From: a virus
Direction: 5' to 3' (one strand)
DNA length: 64,000 bases
Virus record (IMG/VR): IMGVR_UViG_3300020420_000009
Coordinates: 65,719-129,718 of that record
A program made the position numbers and the translations under genes. The notes beneath the pieces are model-generated. The model had not been told where the DNA came from. It saw only the letters and a list, made by a program, of their open reading frames with translations, and searched no databases. Below, one piece after another: positions 9,626 to 19,225 of this stretch; positions within the stretch are counted from its first letter, which is position 1, and every line of letters starts with the position of its first letter.

Positions 9626-10882
9626 ATGAAGAAATCAATAAAAGTGAATGGTAAGGATTTTCCCCTTACCCCCGATAAGACAGAGGTTCTAGATACTCTA
9701 TCTTCTGCTTATCCTAATCAGACCTCGTTCTCGAGGGCTGAAATCAAAGAGGCAACCGATGGTTATCTCCCATACTGGGTGAAGTCGTCTAGGTTCCCTT
9801 TCAAAGAGAAACAACCTGATGGTTCAGTTCTCTTTAATCTTGAAGCTGTAATCAGTGGATACAACGGTGGATATTCTCACGGTGGTGAGACTCCAGTTGC
9901 ACCACAACCAGTGGCAGTTCCTTCGAAGGCAGTCCCTTCAAACATGCCAGTTGCAGCTGCAACGGAGTCTGTGAACATTCTTGATGACAATATCAAAATT
10001 GTTCCCGAGAAAATGTCAAACTATGTTCCGTTTGGTCATTTCAAAGATGTCAAAAACATTATCAAGTCTAAAATTTTCTTTCCAGTTTTTGTGACTGGTT
10101 TGAGTGGTAATGGTAAAACTCTTATGATTGAACAAACATGTGCTCAATTGAAGAGAGAACTTTACAGAGTCAATATCACTATTGAGACTGATGAAGATGA
10201 CTTAATGGGTGGTCACACTCTAGTAAATGGAAACATTGTTTTCAGAGAAGGCCCAGTGGTCAAAGCAATGAGAAAAGGTGCAGTCCTTCTTCTTGACGAA
10301 GTTGACTTGGGTTCTAACAAACTAATGTGTTTACAATCAGTTCTTGAAGGTAAAGGATACCTAATCAAGAAAACTGGTGAGTGGGTGACACCTAAACAAG
10401 GTTTTACAGTTCTTGCAACTGCAAACACTAAAGGACAAGGTTCCGAAGATGGAAAGTTCATTGGAACTCAAATCATGAACGAAGCTATGTTGGAAAGGTT
10501 TGCAATCACAATGCAACAAGAATATCCTCCAGTGAAAACTGAGTTGAAGATTCTTGAAAAAGAAATGGCTTTGACTGGTGAAGTTGATTCAGAGTTCACT
10601 AAGAAATTAGTTGACTGGGCTGACATAATCAGAAAAACTTATTATGAAGGTGGTATTGAAGATGTGATAACAACAAGAAGACTTGTTCACATTGTTAATG
10701 CTTTCAGAATGTTCAAAGATAGACTCAAGTCAATTGAGATGTGTATTTCTAGGTTCGATATTGAGACTAGAAACTCTATCCTTGACCTTTATTCCAAGAT
10801 TGACGCTGGGGTTAATCTGAACGAAGAAGCGGAAGTTTCAGATTCAGAAGAAAACCCAGTTGACGAATCAGACTACGAGTAG
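9626..10882 (+). CDS. cobS: CobS-like MoxR AAA+ ATPase
   Basis: GLSGNGKT, LLLDEVD, TANTKG, ERF, TTRRL; AAGGAG before the ATG at 9626. Confidence 0.88.
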   Translation: MKKSIKVNGKDFPLTPDKTEVLDTLSSAYPNQTSFSRAEIKEATDGYLPYWVKSSRFPFKEKQPDGSVLFNLEAVISGYNGGYSHGGETPVAPQPVAVPSKAVPSNMPVAAATESVNILDDNIKIVPEKMSNYVPFGHFKDVKNIIKSKIFFPVFVTGLSGNGKTLMIEQTCAQLKRELYRVNITIETDEDDLMGGHTLVNGNIVFREGPVVKAMRKGAVLLLDEVDLGSNKLMCLQSVLEGKGYLIKKTGEWVTPKQGFTVLATANTKGQGSEDGKFIGTQIMNEAMLERFAITMQQEYPPVKTELKILEKEMALTGEVDSEFTKKLVDWADIIRKTYYEGGIEDVITTRRLVHIVNAFRMFKDRLKSIEMCISRFDIETRNSILDLYSKIDAGVNLNEEAEVSDSEENPVDESDYE

Positions 10883-10888
10883 TATAAT
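10860..10888 (+). promoter_or_regulatory. Sigma70-type promoter
   Basis: TTGACG-17 nt-TATAAT; ATG at 10896. Confidence 0.75.
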
Positions 10889-10895
10889 GGTTTCA

Positions 10896-11192
10896 ATGTT
10901 TGGAAAAAACAAAGTTGACTACAAATACAACGAGAAGGAACTCCTCAAGGAGTTCTCTTCTTATGTAGAGAAAACTTATGACCAACACTATTCCAAAGAT
11001 AAGTTTCAGGCAACTGAATTTATTATGGACGGTGGTCACGGAGAGGGATTCTGTATTGGTAATATCTTAAAGTATGCACAAAGATACGGTAAGAAGGACG
11101 GATACAATCGTGCTGACTTGTTGAAAGTCATACATTATGGGTTCCTTGCTTTATATAATCACGATACGCATATAAAGGAGGCTAACAAGTGA
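10896..11192 (+). CDS. DUF3310/SaV-like conserved phage protein
   Basis: QHY...GFCIGNILKYAQRYGKK...DLLKVIHY. Confidence 0.75.
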   Translation: MFGKNKVDYKYNEKELLKEFSSYVEKTYDQHYSKDKFQATEFIMDGGHGEGFCIGNILKYAQRYGKKDGYNRADLLKVIHYGFLALYNHDTHIKEANK

Positions 11193-11857
11193 TGAAAATT
11201 AGTAATGATACGAGGAGTGTTCTTAAGAACTTTTCTACTATTAACTCGGGTATAAGAGTTAAGACTGGAAATAAACTTGAGACCATATCCAATATGAAAA
11301 ATATTCTTGCAGTGGCAACGGTAGATGAATCGTTCCCTCAAGATTTTAGTATATATAACTTGCCTGAGTTCTTGGGTGCAACTTCATTGTTGTCAGACCC
11401 CGAGTTTGAATTCGGAGATACAAGTTTGACGGTTGCAGACGATAACTCAAGTCTTGCATATTTTTATGCAAGTGAAGGAATGGTCACTGCACCCGATAAA
11501 ATGATAACCATGCCTGACGCAGAGATTGTAATTAATCTTTCTTCTACACTCTTAAGTGAGCTACAGAAAGCTGCAAGTGTATTAGGAGTTAATGACATGG
11601 TGTTATCCAGTGACGGAACAGTTATCAGACTGGAAGTGACTGATAAAAAGAATCCAACTTCAAATACATTCTCAAGAATAGTAGGTGAAGGAAACGGAGT
11701 ATCTTATACAATGAATTTCAAGATTGAAAACTTGAAAGTTCTTGACGGAAATTATGAGGTTTCTGTATCAAGTAAAGGTATTTCACACTTCAACAATACA
11801 GATATTGATTTGGAGTATTTTATTGCATTAGAGCCAGATTCAAAATACAATGCCTAA
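11189..11857 (+). CDS. gp45: Sliding clamp
   Basis: LKNFSTINSGI, IYNLPEFL, YFIALE; upstream of the clamp loader. Confidence 0.93.
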   Translation: MMKISNDTRSVLKNFSTINSGIRVKTGNKLETISNMKNILAVATVDESFPQDFSIYNLPEFLGATSLLSDPEFEFGDTSLTVADDNSSLAYFYASEGMVTAPDKMITMPDAEIVINLSSTLLSELQKAASVLGVNDMVLSSDGTVIRLEVTDKKNPTSNTFSRIVGEGNGVSYTMNFKIENLKVLDGNYEVSVSSKGISHFNNTDIDLEYFIALEPDSKYNA

Positions 11858-11971
11858 CCTATATATTAGTGTAAGTATTGTGCCAGTCTCTGCAATGCAT
11901 ACGGGAGTTATTCAATCTCATCAATCTTCAAGGGTGAATAACACTGTAAACTCGGAGGGGAGTTTACTTCT

Positions 11972-12919
11972 ATGAATCAAGAATTTCTATTTGTAGAAAA
12001 GTATCGTCCTCAAACAATTGAGGACACAATACTTCCTGCTGGAATCAAATCCACATTTCAAGAATTTGTAAAACAAGGTGAGATACCTAATCTCATGTTG
12101 TGTGGTTCTGCTGGTGTGGGTAAAACTACGATTGCAAAAGCACTCTGTAATGAACTGGGTGCAGACTTTATTGTAATCAATGGTTCAGACGAAGGAAGAT
12201 TGATTGATACTTTACGAACTAAAATCAAAAACTTTGCGTCTACAGTTTCATTGTCAAGCGCACCAAAGGTTGTAATACTGGACGAGGCAGATTATATTTC
12301 AGCTGATTCAGTTCAACCAGCTTTGAGAAACTTTATCGAAGAGTTCTCTTCAAACTGTAGATTCATATTTACTTGTAATTACAAAAACAGAATCATACCA
12401 CCTCTTCATTCTAGAACAACGGTGATTGATTTTACCATGACACCCGATGAGAAACAAAGACTTGCGTCAGTGTTTCTTGCAAGACTCATGGAGATATGCA
12501 CAAATGAAAGTATTGAGTTCGACCAAAAGGTTCTAGTTGAACTTGTAATCAAATTCTTTCCCGACTTTAGAAGGTGTATCAATGAGGTTCAAAGATATGG
12601 TGCAAGTGGTGTAATCGATAGTGGGTTATTATCTACATTATCAGAAGAGAAACTTACACCCTTGATTGATATGTTGCAAGACAAAAACTGGAGTGGAATG
12701 AGAAAATGGGTCGGTCAGAATAGTGATAACGACTTCAATGCTCTATATAGAAAAGTATTTAATTCACTTGAGAAAAGATTAGAACCTTCTAGTATTCCAG
12801 CTGCAGTTCTGTTTATTGCAGACTATCAATACAAAGCTGCATTTGCAATGGATTCGGAGATTAATTTTACTGCATGTATGACAGAGATTATGTCAGAGTG
12901 TAAATTCAAGGAGAAGTAA
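11972..12919 (+). CDS. gp44: Clamp loader large subunit
   Basis: EKYRP, GSAGVGKTT, ILDEAD, SRT, FPDFRR. Confidence 0.96.
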   Translation: MNQEFLFVEKYRPQTIEDTILPAGIKSTFQEFVKQGEIPNLMLCGSAGVGKTTIAKALCNELGADFIVINGSDEGRLIDTLRTKIKNFASTVSLSSAPKVVILDEADYISADSVQPALRNFIEEFSSNCRFIFTCNYKNRIIPPLHSRTTVIDFTMTPDEKQRLASVFLARLMEICTNESIEFDQKVLVELVIKFFPDFRRCINEVQRYGASGVIDSGLLSTLSEEKLTPLIDMLQDKNWSGMRKWVGQNSDNDFNALYRKVFNSLEKRLEPSSIPAAVLFIADYQYKAAFAMDSEINFTACMTEIMSECKFKEK

Positions 12920-13212
12920 TGGGACAATATGACGACAAAGTAGAACTACAAAGACAAATACTAAAGGCAGAAGAGTATATAAATTCACCATTGAGTTTAC
13001 ATGCACACAGTCTAACTTCTATGTGGTATGATAATGACCAAACTGTAAAAGATGTCAAAGACGGAGTTATGGATATTTCATACATGGACGGAAGGATTGA
13101 GAGAACTCTCAAGAATGGTAAAACATATATCCTTGTAGAAGGTAAAAAAGGTGCAGCTCTTGTCCAAGAAATTTCTAGAAATCTAATGGACTCGGGTAAA
13201 GAACTTGCCTAA
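12919..13212 (+). CDS. Hypothetical protein between gp44 and gp62
   Basis: Coupled ORF with phage-like codon usage. Confidence 0.65.
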   Translation: MGQYDDKVELQRQILKAEEYINSPLSLHAHSLTSMWYDNDQTVKDVKDGVMDISYMDGRIERTLKNGKTYILVEGKKGAALVQEISRNLMDSGKELA

Positions 13213-13597
13213 AAGAAATCCATTTGATTTTGTAAAGTCTGTATCATATCAGAAGAATGACCTTATGGTTGATGAGGTCGAAGAAAAAGCATATCAACCA
13301 TTCCTAATAAACAAAGCATTATCTTATCACCAAGATTCTGTTTTTCTTACTAACGAAATGAATGTCAGACATGGAGTAGACAACCGTCTTCAATACATGT
13401 TTTTCCTAAATACCTTAAGGAAAAGACAAAGATTTTCCAAATGGCAAAAGCCATATGTTAGTAAAAAACTCGATACTGTAAAGGAATACTATCAGATATC
13501 AACTAGAGAGGCCAAAGATTATGTTGAAATCTTATCTGATAAACAGATTCGAGAATTGAAAAACAGTATGAAAACTGGTGGTAAGGATAATGGATAA
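13205..13597 (+). CDS. gp62: Clamp loader small subunit
   Basis: YQPFLINKALS, NEMN, RKRQRFSKW; between gp44 and regA. Confidence 0.88.
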   Translation: MPKRNPFDFVKSVSYQKNDLMVDEVEEKAYQPFLINKALSYHQDSVFLTNEMNVRHGVDNRLQYMFFLNTLRKRQRFSKWQKPYVSKKLDTVKEYYQISTREAKDYVEILSDKQIRELKNSMKTGGKDNG

Positions 13598-13994
13598 CCA
13601 AGAAGAGATAATAAAAGACCTTGTCGAGGTCACATTTCCCGAGAGAGACGACTTTTTAAAGATAAGAGAGACCTTATCACGCATAGGAGTGGCCTCTAGA
13701 AGGGAACAAGAACTCTTCCAATCATGTCATATACTACACAAAAGGGGTAAGTATTACATTACCCATTTCAAAGAACTATTCAAATTAGACGGTAAACCCT
13801 CAAATATTGACGAGTCAGATATAGGTAGAAGGAACACAATTGTGGGTCTTTTAGAACAATGGAACCTAGTATCTGTGGTTAATAAGACACAAATCGAGGA
13901 ACCTAAAGCACCGTTATCACAAATTAAAATCATACCTTTTAAAGAAAAAGGTGACTGGAAATTGACGACTAAATACTCTATAGGTGGTAATTAG
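13590..13994 (+). CDS. regA: Translational repressor RegA
   Basis: DDFLKIRETLSRIG, QSCHILHKRGKYYITHFKELF. Confidence 0.95.
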   Translation: MDNQEEIIKDLVEVTFPERDDFLKIRETLSRIGVASRREQELFQSCHILHKRGKYYITHFKELFKLDGKPSNIDESDIGRRNTIVGLLEQWNLVSVVNKTQIEEPKAPLSQIKIIPFKEKGDWKLTTKYSIGGN

Positions 13995-14041
13995 TCCTAA
14001 ATAACCTTACGGAATCATAAATGGTTTCGGGAGGAGATACA

Positions 14042-14218
14042 ATGTTAGAATTCATACAATGGATTATAGTATTGATTAAAATTGTCCCTTGGTTAGTTAT
14101 GGGTGCATCTTTTGTTGCAGCCTTAACACCTACACCAAAAGATGATGAGTGGATAGCAAAATATTATAAAGTAATTGATTGGTTTGCGCTCAATATCGGA
14201 AAGGCAAAGGACAAATAA
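14042..14218 (+). CDS. Small membrane protein, possible holin
   Basis: Hydrophobic N-half, ALTPTPKDD, basic tail; GGAGGAG RBS; late-type CTAAATA upstream. Confidence 0.55.
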   Translation: MLEFIQWIIVLIKIVPWLVMGASFVAALTPTPKDDEWIAKYYKVIDWFALNIGKAKDK

Positions 14219-14255
14219 ATACCTATAATTATTAATAATTAATGAGGAATATATC

Positions 14256-14528
14256 ATGGAAATTATAGCGATAGTAGCATTTATAGTTGTTGCAGTTGGT
14301 GTATATCTTTGGAGAGATACTTCTAGTGAACCTGTAGTTGAAACAGTAGTTGATACTGCAAGTGAAGTCGTTGCAGATGCAAACGATAATGGAATTACTT
14401 CAAAGGCAGAGTTAAGTAAATTAACTAAAGCCCAACTAATTCAATTTGCAGATAATAAAAACCTTTCAATCAAAAGGTCTGCAAAGAAAGCTTCAGTTAT
14501 CAATGAGATACACACTCAATTGAAGTAA
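14256..14528 (+). CDS. Membrane-anchored protein with C-terminal HeH/Rho_N-like motif
   Basis: N-terminal TM; LSKLTKAQLIQFA...KASVINEI. Confidence 0.55.
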   Translation: MEIIAIVAFIVVAVGVYLWRDTSSEPVVETVVDTASEVVADANDNGITSKAELSKLTKAQLIQFADNKNLSIKRSAKKASVINEIHTQLK

Positions 14529-14536
14529 ATTAGAGT

Positions 14537-14565
14537 AAAACACGACCTTCGGGTCGTGTTTTTTT
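14537..14565 (+). terminator. Rho-independent terminator with C(UUCG)G tetraloop
   Basis: AAAACACGACC-TTCG-GGTCGTGTTTTTTT. Confidence 0.92.
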
Positions 14566-14586
14566 ACGCCTAGAGTATTTTAAAAG

Positions 14587-14594
14587 GATAAATA
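14587..14594 (+). promoter_or_regulatory. Late-type promoter of the curli locus
   Basis: GATAAATA then 5 nt then ATG at 14600, right after a terminator. Confidence 0.65.
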
Positions 14595-14599
14595 ACTGT

Positions 14600-14896
14600 A
14601 TGGAAGATTTGTTTATTTTGATAGGTGAAGTGGGAGCTCCGATTGCTGGTGCAATCGTAATGGGCTTTTTCATATTCATAGTCATAAAACAAATCTTAGA
14701 AAATGTTGTAGATGATATCAAAACACTAACAATGTTCTGTAAATCACTAGAAAATCGTGCAAGGACTATGTCCAACGAAATGGTGAAGATAGATATGTTA
14801 GTTTCAAGTGCGTTAGAATTAAGACCCGATATAGAGAGAATTGCAAGAGCTGAAAACTTTATAGAAGATGAGAGAATTGACGCTAGGAGAGATTAG
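14600..14896 (+). CDS. Small membrane protein (TM + coiled coil)
   Basis: GAPIAGAIVMGFFIFIVI TM; first gene of the locus. Confidence 0.7.
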   Translation: MEDLFILIGEVGAPIAGAIVMGFFIFIVIKQILENVVDDIKTLTMFCKSLENRARTMSNEMVKIDMLVSSALELRPDIERIARAENFIEDERIDARRD

Positions 14897-15159
14897 TGTC
14901 AGAAATTGGAAGTTTAATCTCTGATTATGGGTTCCCCATAGTTATGATGGTCGGTCTTGGATATTTTATATACTATATTTGGTGGTTCGTAGGTGAGAAA
15001 CTAGAACCCGAAATAGAAAAACAACATATGGCACTCATAAAAGTTATTGACCAAGTGCGTATGTTAGACCAAGACCTCATAAGATTACAGCAAAAAGTTG
15101 ATGTCGTTCTAGAATATAAAGAGAATGAGAAGAAGAAACGCATAAAGGAGGACACATGA
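14896..15159 (+). CDS. Small membrane protein, similar layout to the previous gene
   Basis: GFPIVMMVGLGYFIYYIWW TM then coiled coil; coupled GTG start. Confidence 0.7.
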   Translation: MSEIGSLISDYGFPIVMMVGLGYFIYYIWWFVGEKLEPEIEKQHMALIKVIDQVRMLDQDLIRLQQKVDVVLEYKENEKKKRIKEDT

Positions 15160-15659
15160 AATTAATTTTACCTATATCGTTTTTATGTTTAATATTCAGT
15201 TTCGGTGCATATGCAGACGAGATTGTTCATAAGTTTAAGAACCCAAGCTTTTCAGGCATTGGGACGGGCGCACATTATCTCACGATTGAGAACCAAGAAC
15301 ATAGCAGAAAAAAATCAATCGAAGATGCGCTTGAGGCAGCTAGAAAAGCTGCAGAAAGAGAGGCAGAAAATACAACGCTTGCCAAATTTATCAGGAATTT
15401 AGAATCGCGAATCTATGCTCAATTTGCAAAACAATTAGTTGAATCTATGTTTGCAAATGATAATCCAGTAGGTTTCGGTTCATTTATACTAGAAGGGAAT
15501 ACAATTACTTGGGAAGTCATAACAGACGAATCAGGTGCAGAGTTTATCAGATTAACAATCATTGCCGAAGACGGGTCTTCAACAGTTGTAGAGATTCCAG
15601 TAGGAACTGGAAACTTTGGACAAGACCCCGACACAGGTGGTGGTGACGGAGGAGGCTAA
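15156..15659 (+). CDS. csgF: Curli assembly protein CsgF-like
   Basis: Signal peptide then HKFKNPSFSG (cf. CsgF FQFRNPNFGG), LESRIYAQFAKQL; upstream of csgG. Confidence 0.85.
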   Translation: MKLILPISFLCLIFSFGAYADEIVHKFKNPSFSGIGTGAHYLTIENQEHSRKKSIEDALEAARKAAEREAENTTLAKFIRNLESRIYAQFAKQLVESMFANDNPVGFGSFILEGNTITWEVITDESGAEFIRLTIIAEDGSSTVVEIPVGTGNFGQDPDTGGGDGGG

Positions 15660-16561
15660 TGTTTAAAGCTTGCCTTTTAGCAATGGTCATTGCCTTATCA
15701 GGCTGTGCTTCTTTTCCACAGTGGAGTGAAAACCCACAGGATTGTGGAAGGTGGCAAGAAGGTATAGGTAAAGATGTATATACTGCTGTAAAAAAACAAT
15801 TGTCAAGGAAATACATTTGTGTAGAACACCCTTCAATTGTTAAATTACCAGCATATCTAGAATTACTAGAATTACCACCAGCTGAAGAAAAACCAATAGT
15901 TGCAGTTTATAACTTTTTGGATAAAACTGGACAGAGAAAATCAGTGACTAACATTGCAAGTTTCTCTACAGCAGTGACTCAAGGTGCAACTGAAATGGTT
16001 ATAGACGCATTAAAAACTGCTGGAGGTGGGACATGGTTCCGTGTCGTTGAAAGAAACGGTATAGACCATTTAGTCCGAGAAAGACAAATCATTCGTTCTG
16101 CAAGGTCGGATTACGCGAAGAAGACTGAACAATCAGACGAGGGAATACAACCACTGCTATTCGCGGGTATTATCATAGAAGGTGGTGTAATTGGTTATGA
16201 TTCTAATATCAAAACTGGAGGAAGGGGCGCACGAACTCTAGGTATTGGTTTTAGTAGACAGTATCGACAAGACGCTGTCACAATCTCCATGAGAGCTGTT
16301 TCAGTTCTTACGGGGGAAGTTTTATTAAATGTCCAAGCTCGAAAGACTATTTTGAGTTATGGTTCTGGCGGTGATGTTTTTAGATTCATCGAAGAAGGAA
16401 CTCAACTGGTAGAAATCGAGGACGGAGTGGGAAATAATGAATCAGTGACTTACGCAACAAGGTCTGCTATTGAAGCAGCCGTGTTGGAATTAATATACCA
16501 AGGCCACGATAGAGGGTTTTGGGTAATAAAGGGGTATAACGAAAATGAAGAAAATAATTAG
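15659..16561 (+). CDS. csgG: Curli secretion channel lipoprotein CsgG
   Basis: Lipobox LSGC; AVYNFLDKTGQRK, FSTAVTQG, VER...L.RERQIIR, EGGVIGYDSN..TGG.GA, TGEVL. Confidence 0.93.
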   Translation: MFKACLLAMVIALSGCASFPQWSENPQDCGRWQEGIGKDVYTAVKKQLSRKYICVEHPSIVKLPAYLELLELPPAEEKPIVAVYNFLDKTGQRKSVTNIASFSTAVTQGATEMVIDALKTAGGGTWFRVVERNGIDHLVRERQIIRSARSDYAKKTEQSDEGIQPLLFAGIIIEGGVIGYDSNIKTGGRGARTLGIGFSRQYRQDAVTISMRAVSVLTGEVLLNVQARKTILSYGSGGDVFRFIEEGTQLVEIEDGVGNNESVTYATRSAIEAAVLELIYQGHDRGFWVIKGYNENEENN

Positions 16562-17288
16562 TTTATGCGTTATCGCATTAATGTCGACAAATATTCTTTT
16601 CGCACAAGCCACTGATGATAACGAAATCAAAATCACACAGACTGGTGACACACTTAAATTATACATCGACCAAATCGGTTTTGGAAACAAAATTGGTGGA
16701 GACGATGCAAGTGGAGGCTCATTGTCAGCAATGAGTATCGAAGGTTCAGGTCTAGACTTTGACTTTGATTTTTCAGGTAATCAAAATATTTTATTTGGCC
16801 CAGTAATTTCAGATAACTCAACAATCAAGTTGGATTATGTCGGGGATTCAAATTTAATAGATTGGAATATCGGTTATATAGGTAGCACAGACGATTCTAA
16901 TATAAATTTTAGTGTCACAGGTTCAAGCAATCAGTTTGACCTTGACCAAGGATATGTCTATAGTGCAGAAAGATTAGATGCCGATTTAATATTGATAGGT
17001 GATTCTAATATTTTTGATGTAGATTGGGAGAGTGACGACTTAACATGGAATTTTGATGTCACAGGTTCTTCTAATAACATTAACACTTTACAAAACGATG
17101 GAGAACAGTCTTTGACTTTCACATTGGAAGGTGATAGTGCAGATGTTGACATTAATCAAATATCAGGAACATGTGCAGCTGGAGCAAGCAATAGTTGTGT
17201 TTCTCCAAATGCAAATATCGTATTGGATATTACAAGTGACAATTCTGAAATCCAAATTAATCAGAAAGACTCATCTAACGATTCTTAA
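16545..17288 (+). CDS. Curlin-like secreted beta-solenoid protein (CsgA/B-like)
   Basis: Signal peptide; repeats such as IKITQTG, IDQIGFGN, GSSNQFDLDQG, GSSNNINTLQ; N/S/G/D-rich. Confidence 0.7.
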   Translation: MKKIISLCVIALMSTNILFAQATDDNEIKITQTGDTLKLYIDQIGFGNKIGGDDASGGSLSAMSIEGSGLDFDFDFSGNQNILFGPVISDNSTIKLDYVGDSNLIDWNIGYIGSTDDSNINFSVTGSSNQFDLDQGYVYSAERLDADLILIGDSNIFDVDWESDDLTWNFDVTGSSNNINTLQNDGEQSLTFTLEGDSADVDINQISGTCAAGASNSCVSPNANIVLDITSDNSEIQINQKDSSNDS

Positions 17289-18396
17289 TTTATTGTTCAT
17301 CAGTGGGGTCACATTTGCTGACCCCATTGGAGACATAGTAGAATCAACAGGCATTGGTGCAATTGTTAGAAACAATGAATCCATAACTTCAAAAGTTGGT
17401 TATGGGGTAGAGTTATATGACTCTGCTGAAACAGTCAATGGAAGAATGAAAATCCAATTCCTTGACAGTGAATTCTTAGACTTAATCGAACACACATTAG
17501 TTTTTATAGACGAAGTTTATTACGACCCTAATCCTTCGTTATCAAAAATGTCCTTGAGAATGGTTCAAGGAACCGCCCGTTTTGCTTCGGGCCAGGGTCA
17601 AAAAATCAAAAAAGCAAACATAGATATCTCAACACCAACAGCACAAATAGCTATCAACGGCACAGATTTTACAACAACTATAGACGAGCTCGGAAGAACT
17701 TTGGTTATTCTGCTTCCTGATGAAGACGGAGTCACACCTTCGGGAGAGATAGTTGTATCAAATGAGGGTGGAAGTATCACTCTCAATCAGGCATATCAGG
17801 CAACCATGGTATCTACAATAGAAACACCACCTACAAGTTCCGTAGTAATTAACAACTTAACAACCTCTATGATAGACAATATGTTCATTGTATCACCGCC
17901 TCAGGAGGTCGCAGAGGCCGTAGAAGAGCAGGCAAGAGAAGATATGAATGATGATAAGGGCGTATTAGATGTAGACTTTCTAGAGTTCAATGAATTAGAA
18001 AAAGACTATGACGACTATGCAAATGACCCCGATTATGACGCAAGAGGAAATAGATTAGATGTGGATTTCTTAGATGTAGATTTTCTTACAGATGTTTTAG
18101 ATGTTGTAGAAGAACTAACAAGAACAACAGCTAAACTTGCAGATAGACAAGCAACAACAGGTGGTGGTGTCAGATTAGAGGGTGCAGTCTTTGGTCTAAA
18201 CAAAGATTCACAATATAATATATTTGAAGAAGACGGTAATTTAGTCTTTTTCAGAGATGTTAACGGAGTTATTGAGATTATAATTGCTCAGGGTAATTCA
18301 GGATTCATAGATACTAGAGTAGAAGGATATGAAGGAATCATTGAATTTGGAAATGGAGACCCCGCAATTCAAATCTTCATTAATCAATCTAACTAA
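17131..18396 (+). CDS. FecR-domain exported protein (true start probably near GTG 17236)
   Basis: Signal-like segment ending VTFA-DPIG; FecR-like G.ARFASG...ISTPTAQIAINGTDF; acidic C-terminal half. Confidence 0.75.
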   Translation: MIVQMLTLIKYQEHVQLEQAIVVFLQMQISYWILQVTILKSKLIRKTHLTILNLLFISGVTFADPIGDIVESTGIGAIVRNNESITSKVGYGVELYDSAETVNGRMKIQFLDSEFLDLIEHTLVFIDEVYYDPNPSLSKMSLRMVQGTARFASGQGQKIKKANIDISTPTAQIAINGTDFTTTIDELGRTLVILLPDEDGVTPSGEIVVSNEGGSITLNQAYQATMVSTIETPPTSSVVINNLTTSMIDNMFIVSPPQEVAEAVEEQAREDMNDDKGVLDVDFLEFNELEKDYDDYANDPDYDARGNRLDVDFLDVDFLTDVLDVVEELTRTTAKLADRQATTGGGVRLEGAVFGLNKDSQYNIFEEDGNLVFFRDVNGVIEIIIAQGNSGFIDTRVEGYEGIIEFGNGDPAIQIFINQSN

Positions 18397-18419
18397 ATAC
18401 TTATTTAAAGGAGAAATAT

Positions 18420-18566
18420 ATGGACTTATTACACAAAGTTTTGCAATGGCATGAAGATTTGAGTTATAAGTGGATAGAAAGACTTGACATAACAGAATAT
18501 CAAGCCATGTGGTTTGCGTTCGTTAAAGGTCTTATTACAATGTTAGTTTTAACATGGATATTTTAA
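18420..18566 (+). CDS. 48-aa membrane peptide (not in ORF track)
   Basis: CTAAATA late-type motif and AAGGAG RBS; MDLLHKVLQWHEDLSYKW...VKGLITMLVLTWIF. Confidence 0.7.
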   Translation: MDLLHKVLQWHEDLSYKWIERLDITEYQAMWFAFVKGLITMLVLTWIF

Positions 18567-19225
18567 AGAACACATTATTAACAATCATAGGGATATTATC
18601 TATCCCTATGGTTTTTGCAGGCCCAACTGATGATAACCATATTCATGTGGAACAGGTCGGTAATGACGGAGATAATGTTTCATTGATTTTAAATCAATTC
18701 GGTTATGGTAATACCATAGAATTCTCTTATGCACACTCAAGTAATACTTTCAACCTAACACAAAATGGTGGTGGTAATAAAATATCATGGGTTCCATATT
18801 GGGGTTCAGGAAAGAGTTGGGGTGGTGATGTAGACGGTTCAAACAATGTAGAAAATGTTTTACAATATGACGGTGCAGAATATGGAAGACACATATGGGG
18901 CGACAACAACACCGTAGACATATATCAAAGTGGAGACCATACACATTACATAGACATTCATGTTGACGGTGTAGAACATGATTCATGGCAAGAAGGAACA
19001 GGAACACATTATAGTCACACATATTTTTATGGAAACACAGACGACTCAATTACAAATTTATTACAAAAAGGAAGTGCAAATCATAATGCACAGATTAGAA
19101 TACAAGGGTCAGAACATACAACACTAAATCTTATTCAACAAGGTTCAACAAATCAATCATACACACTAACTCAAAATTGTTATACAGTTGGTGGTTGCAC
19201 GGTAAATGTGACTCAAGGACAGTAA
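18554..19225 (+). CDS. Second curlin-like secreted protein (CsgB/A-like)
   Basis: Signal peptide; repeats EQVGNDGDN, LNQFGYGN, LTQNGGGN, IYQSG, LLQKGSAN, IQQGSTN; terminal Cys pair. Confidence 0.72.
   Translation: MDILKNTLLTIIGILSIPMVFAGPTDDNHIHVEQVGNDGDNVSLILNQFGYGNTIEFSYAHSSNTFNLTQNGGGNKISWVPYWGSGKSWGGDVDGSNNVENVLQYDGAEYGRHIWGDNNTVDIYQSGDHTHYIDIHVDGVEHDSWQEGTGTHYSHTYFYGNTDDSITNLLQKGSANHNAQIRIQGSEHTTLNLIQQGSTNQSYTLTQNCYTVGGCTVNVTQGQ

Noticed and set aside
6718-10882. Cobalamin biosynthesis (cobST) as a metabolic gene pair
   Set aside because: No cobN or other cob genes in the window; the architecture fits a generic MoxR-VWA module
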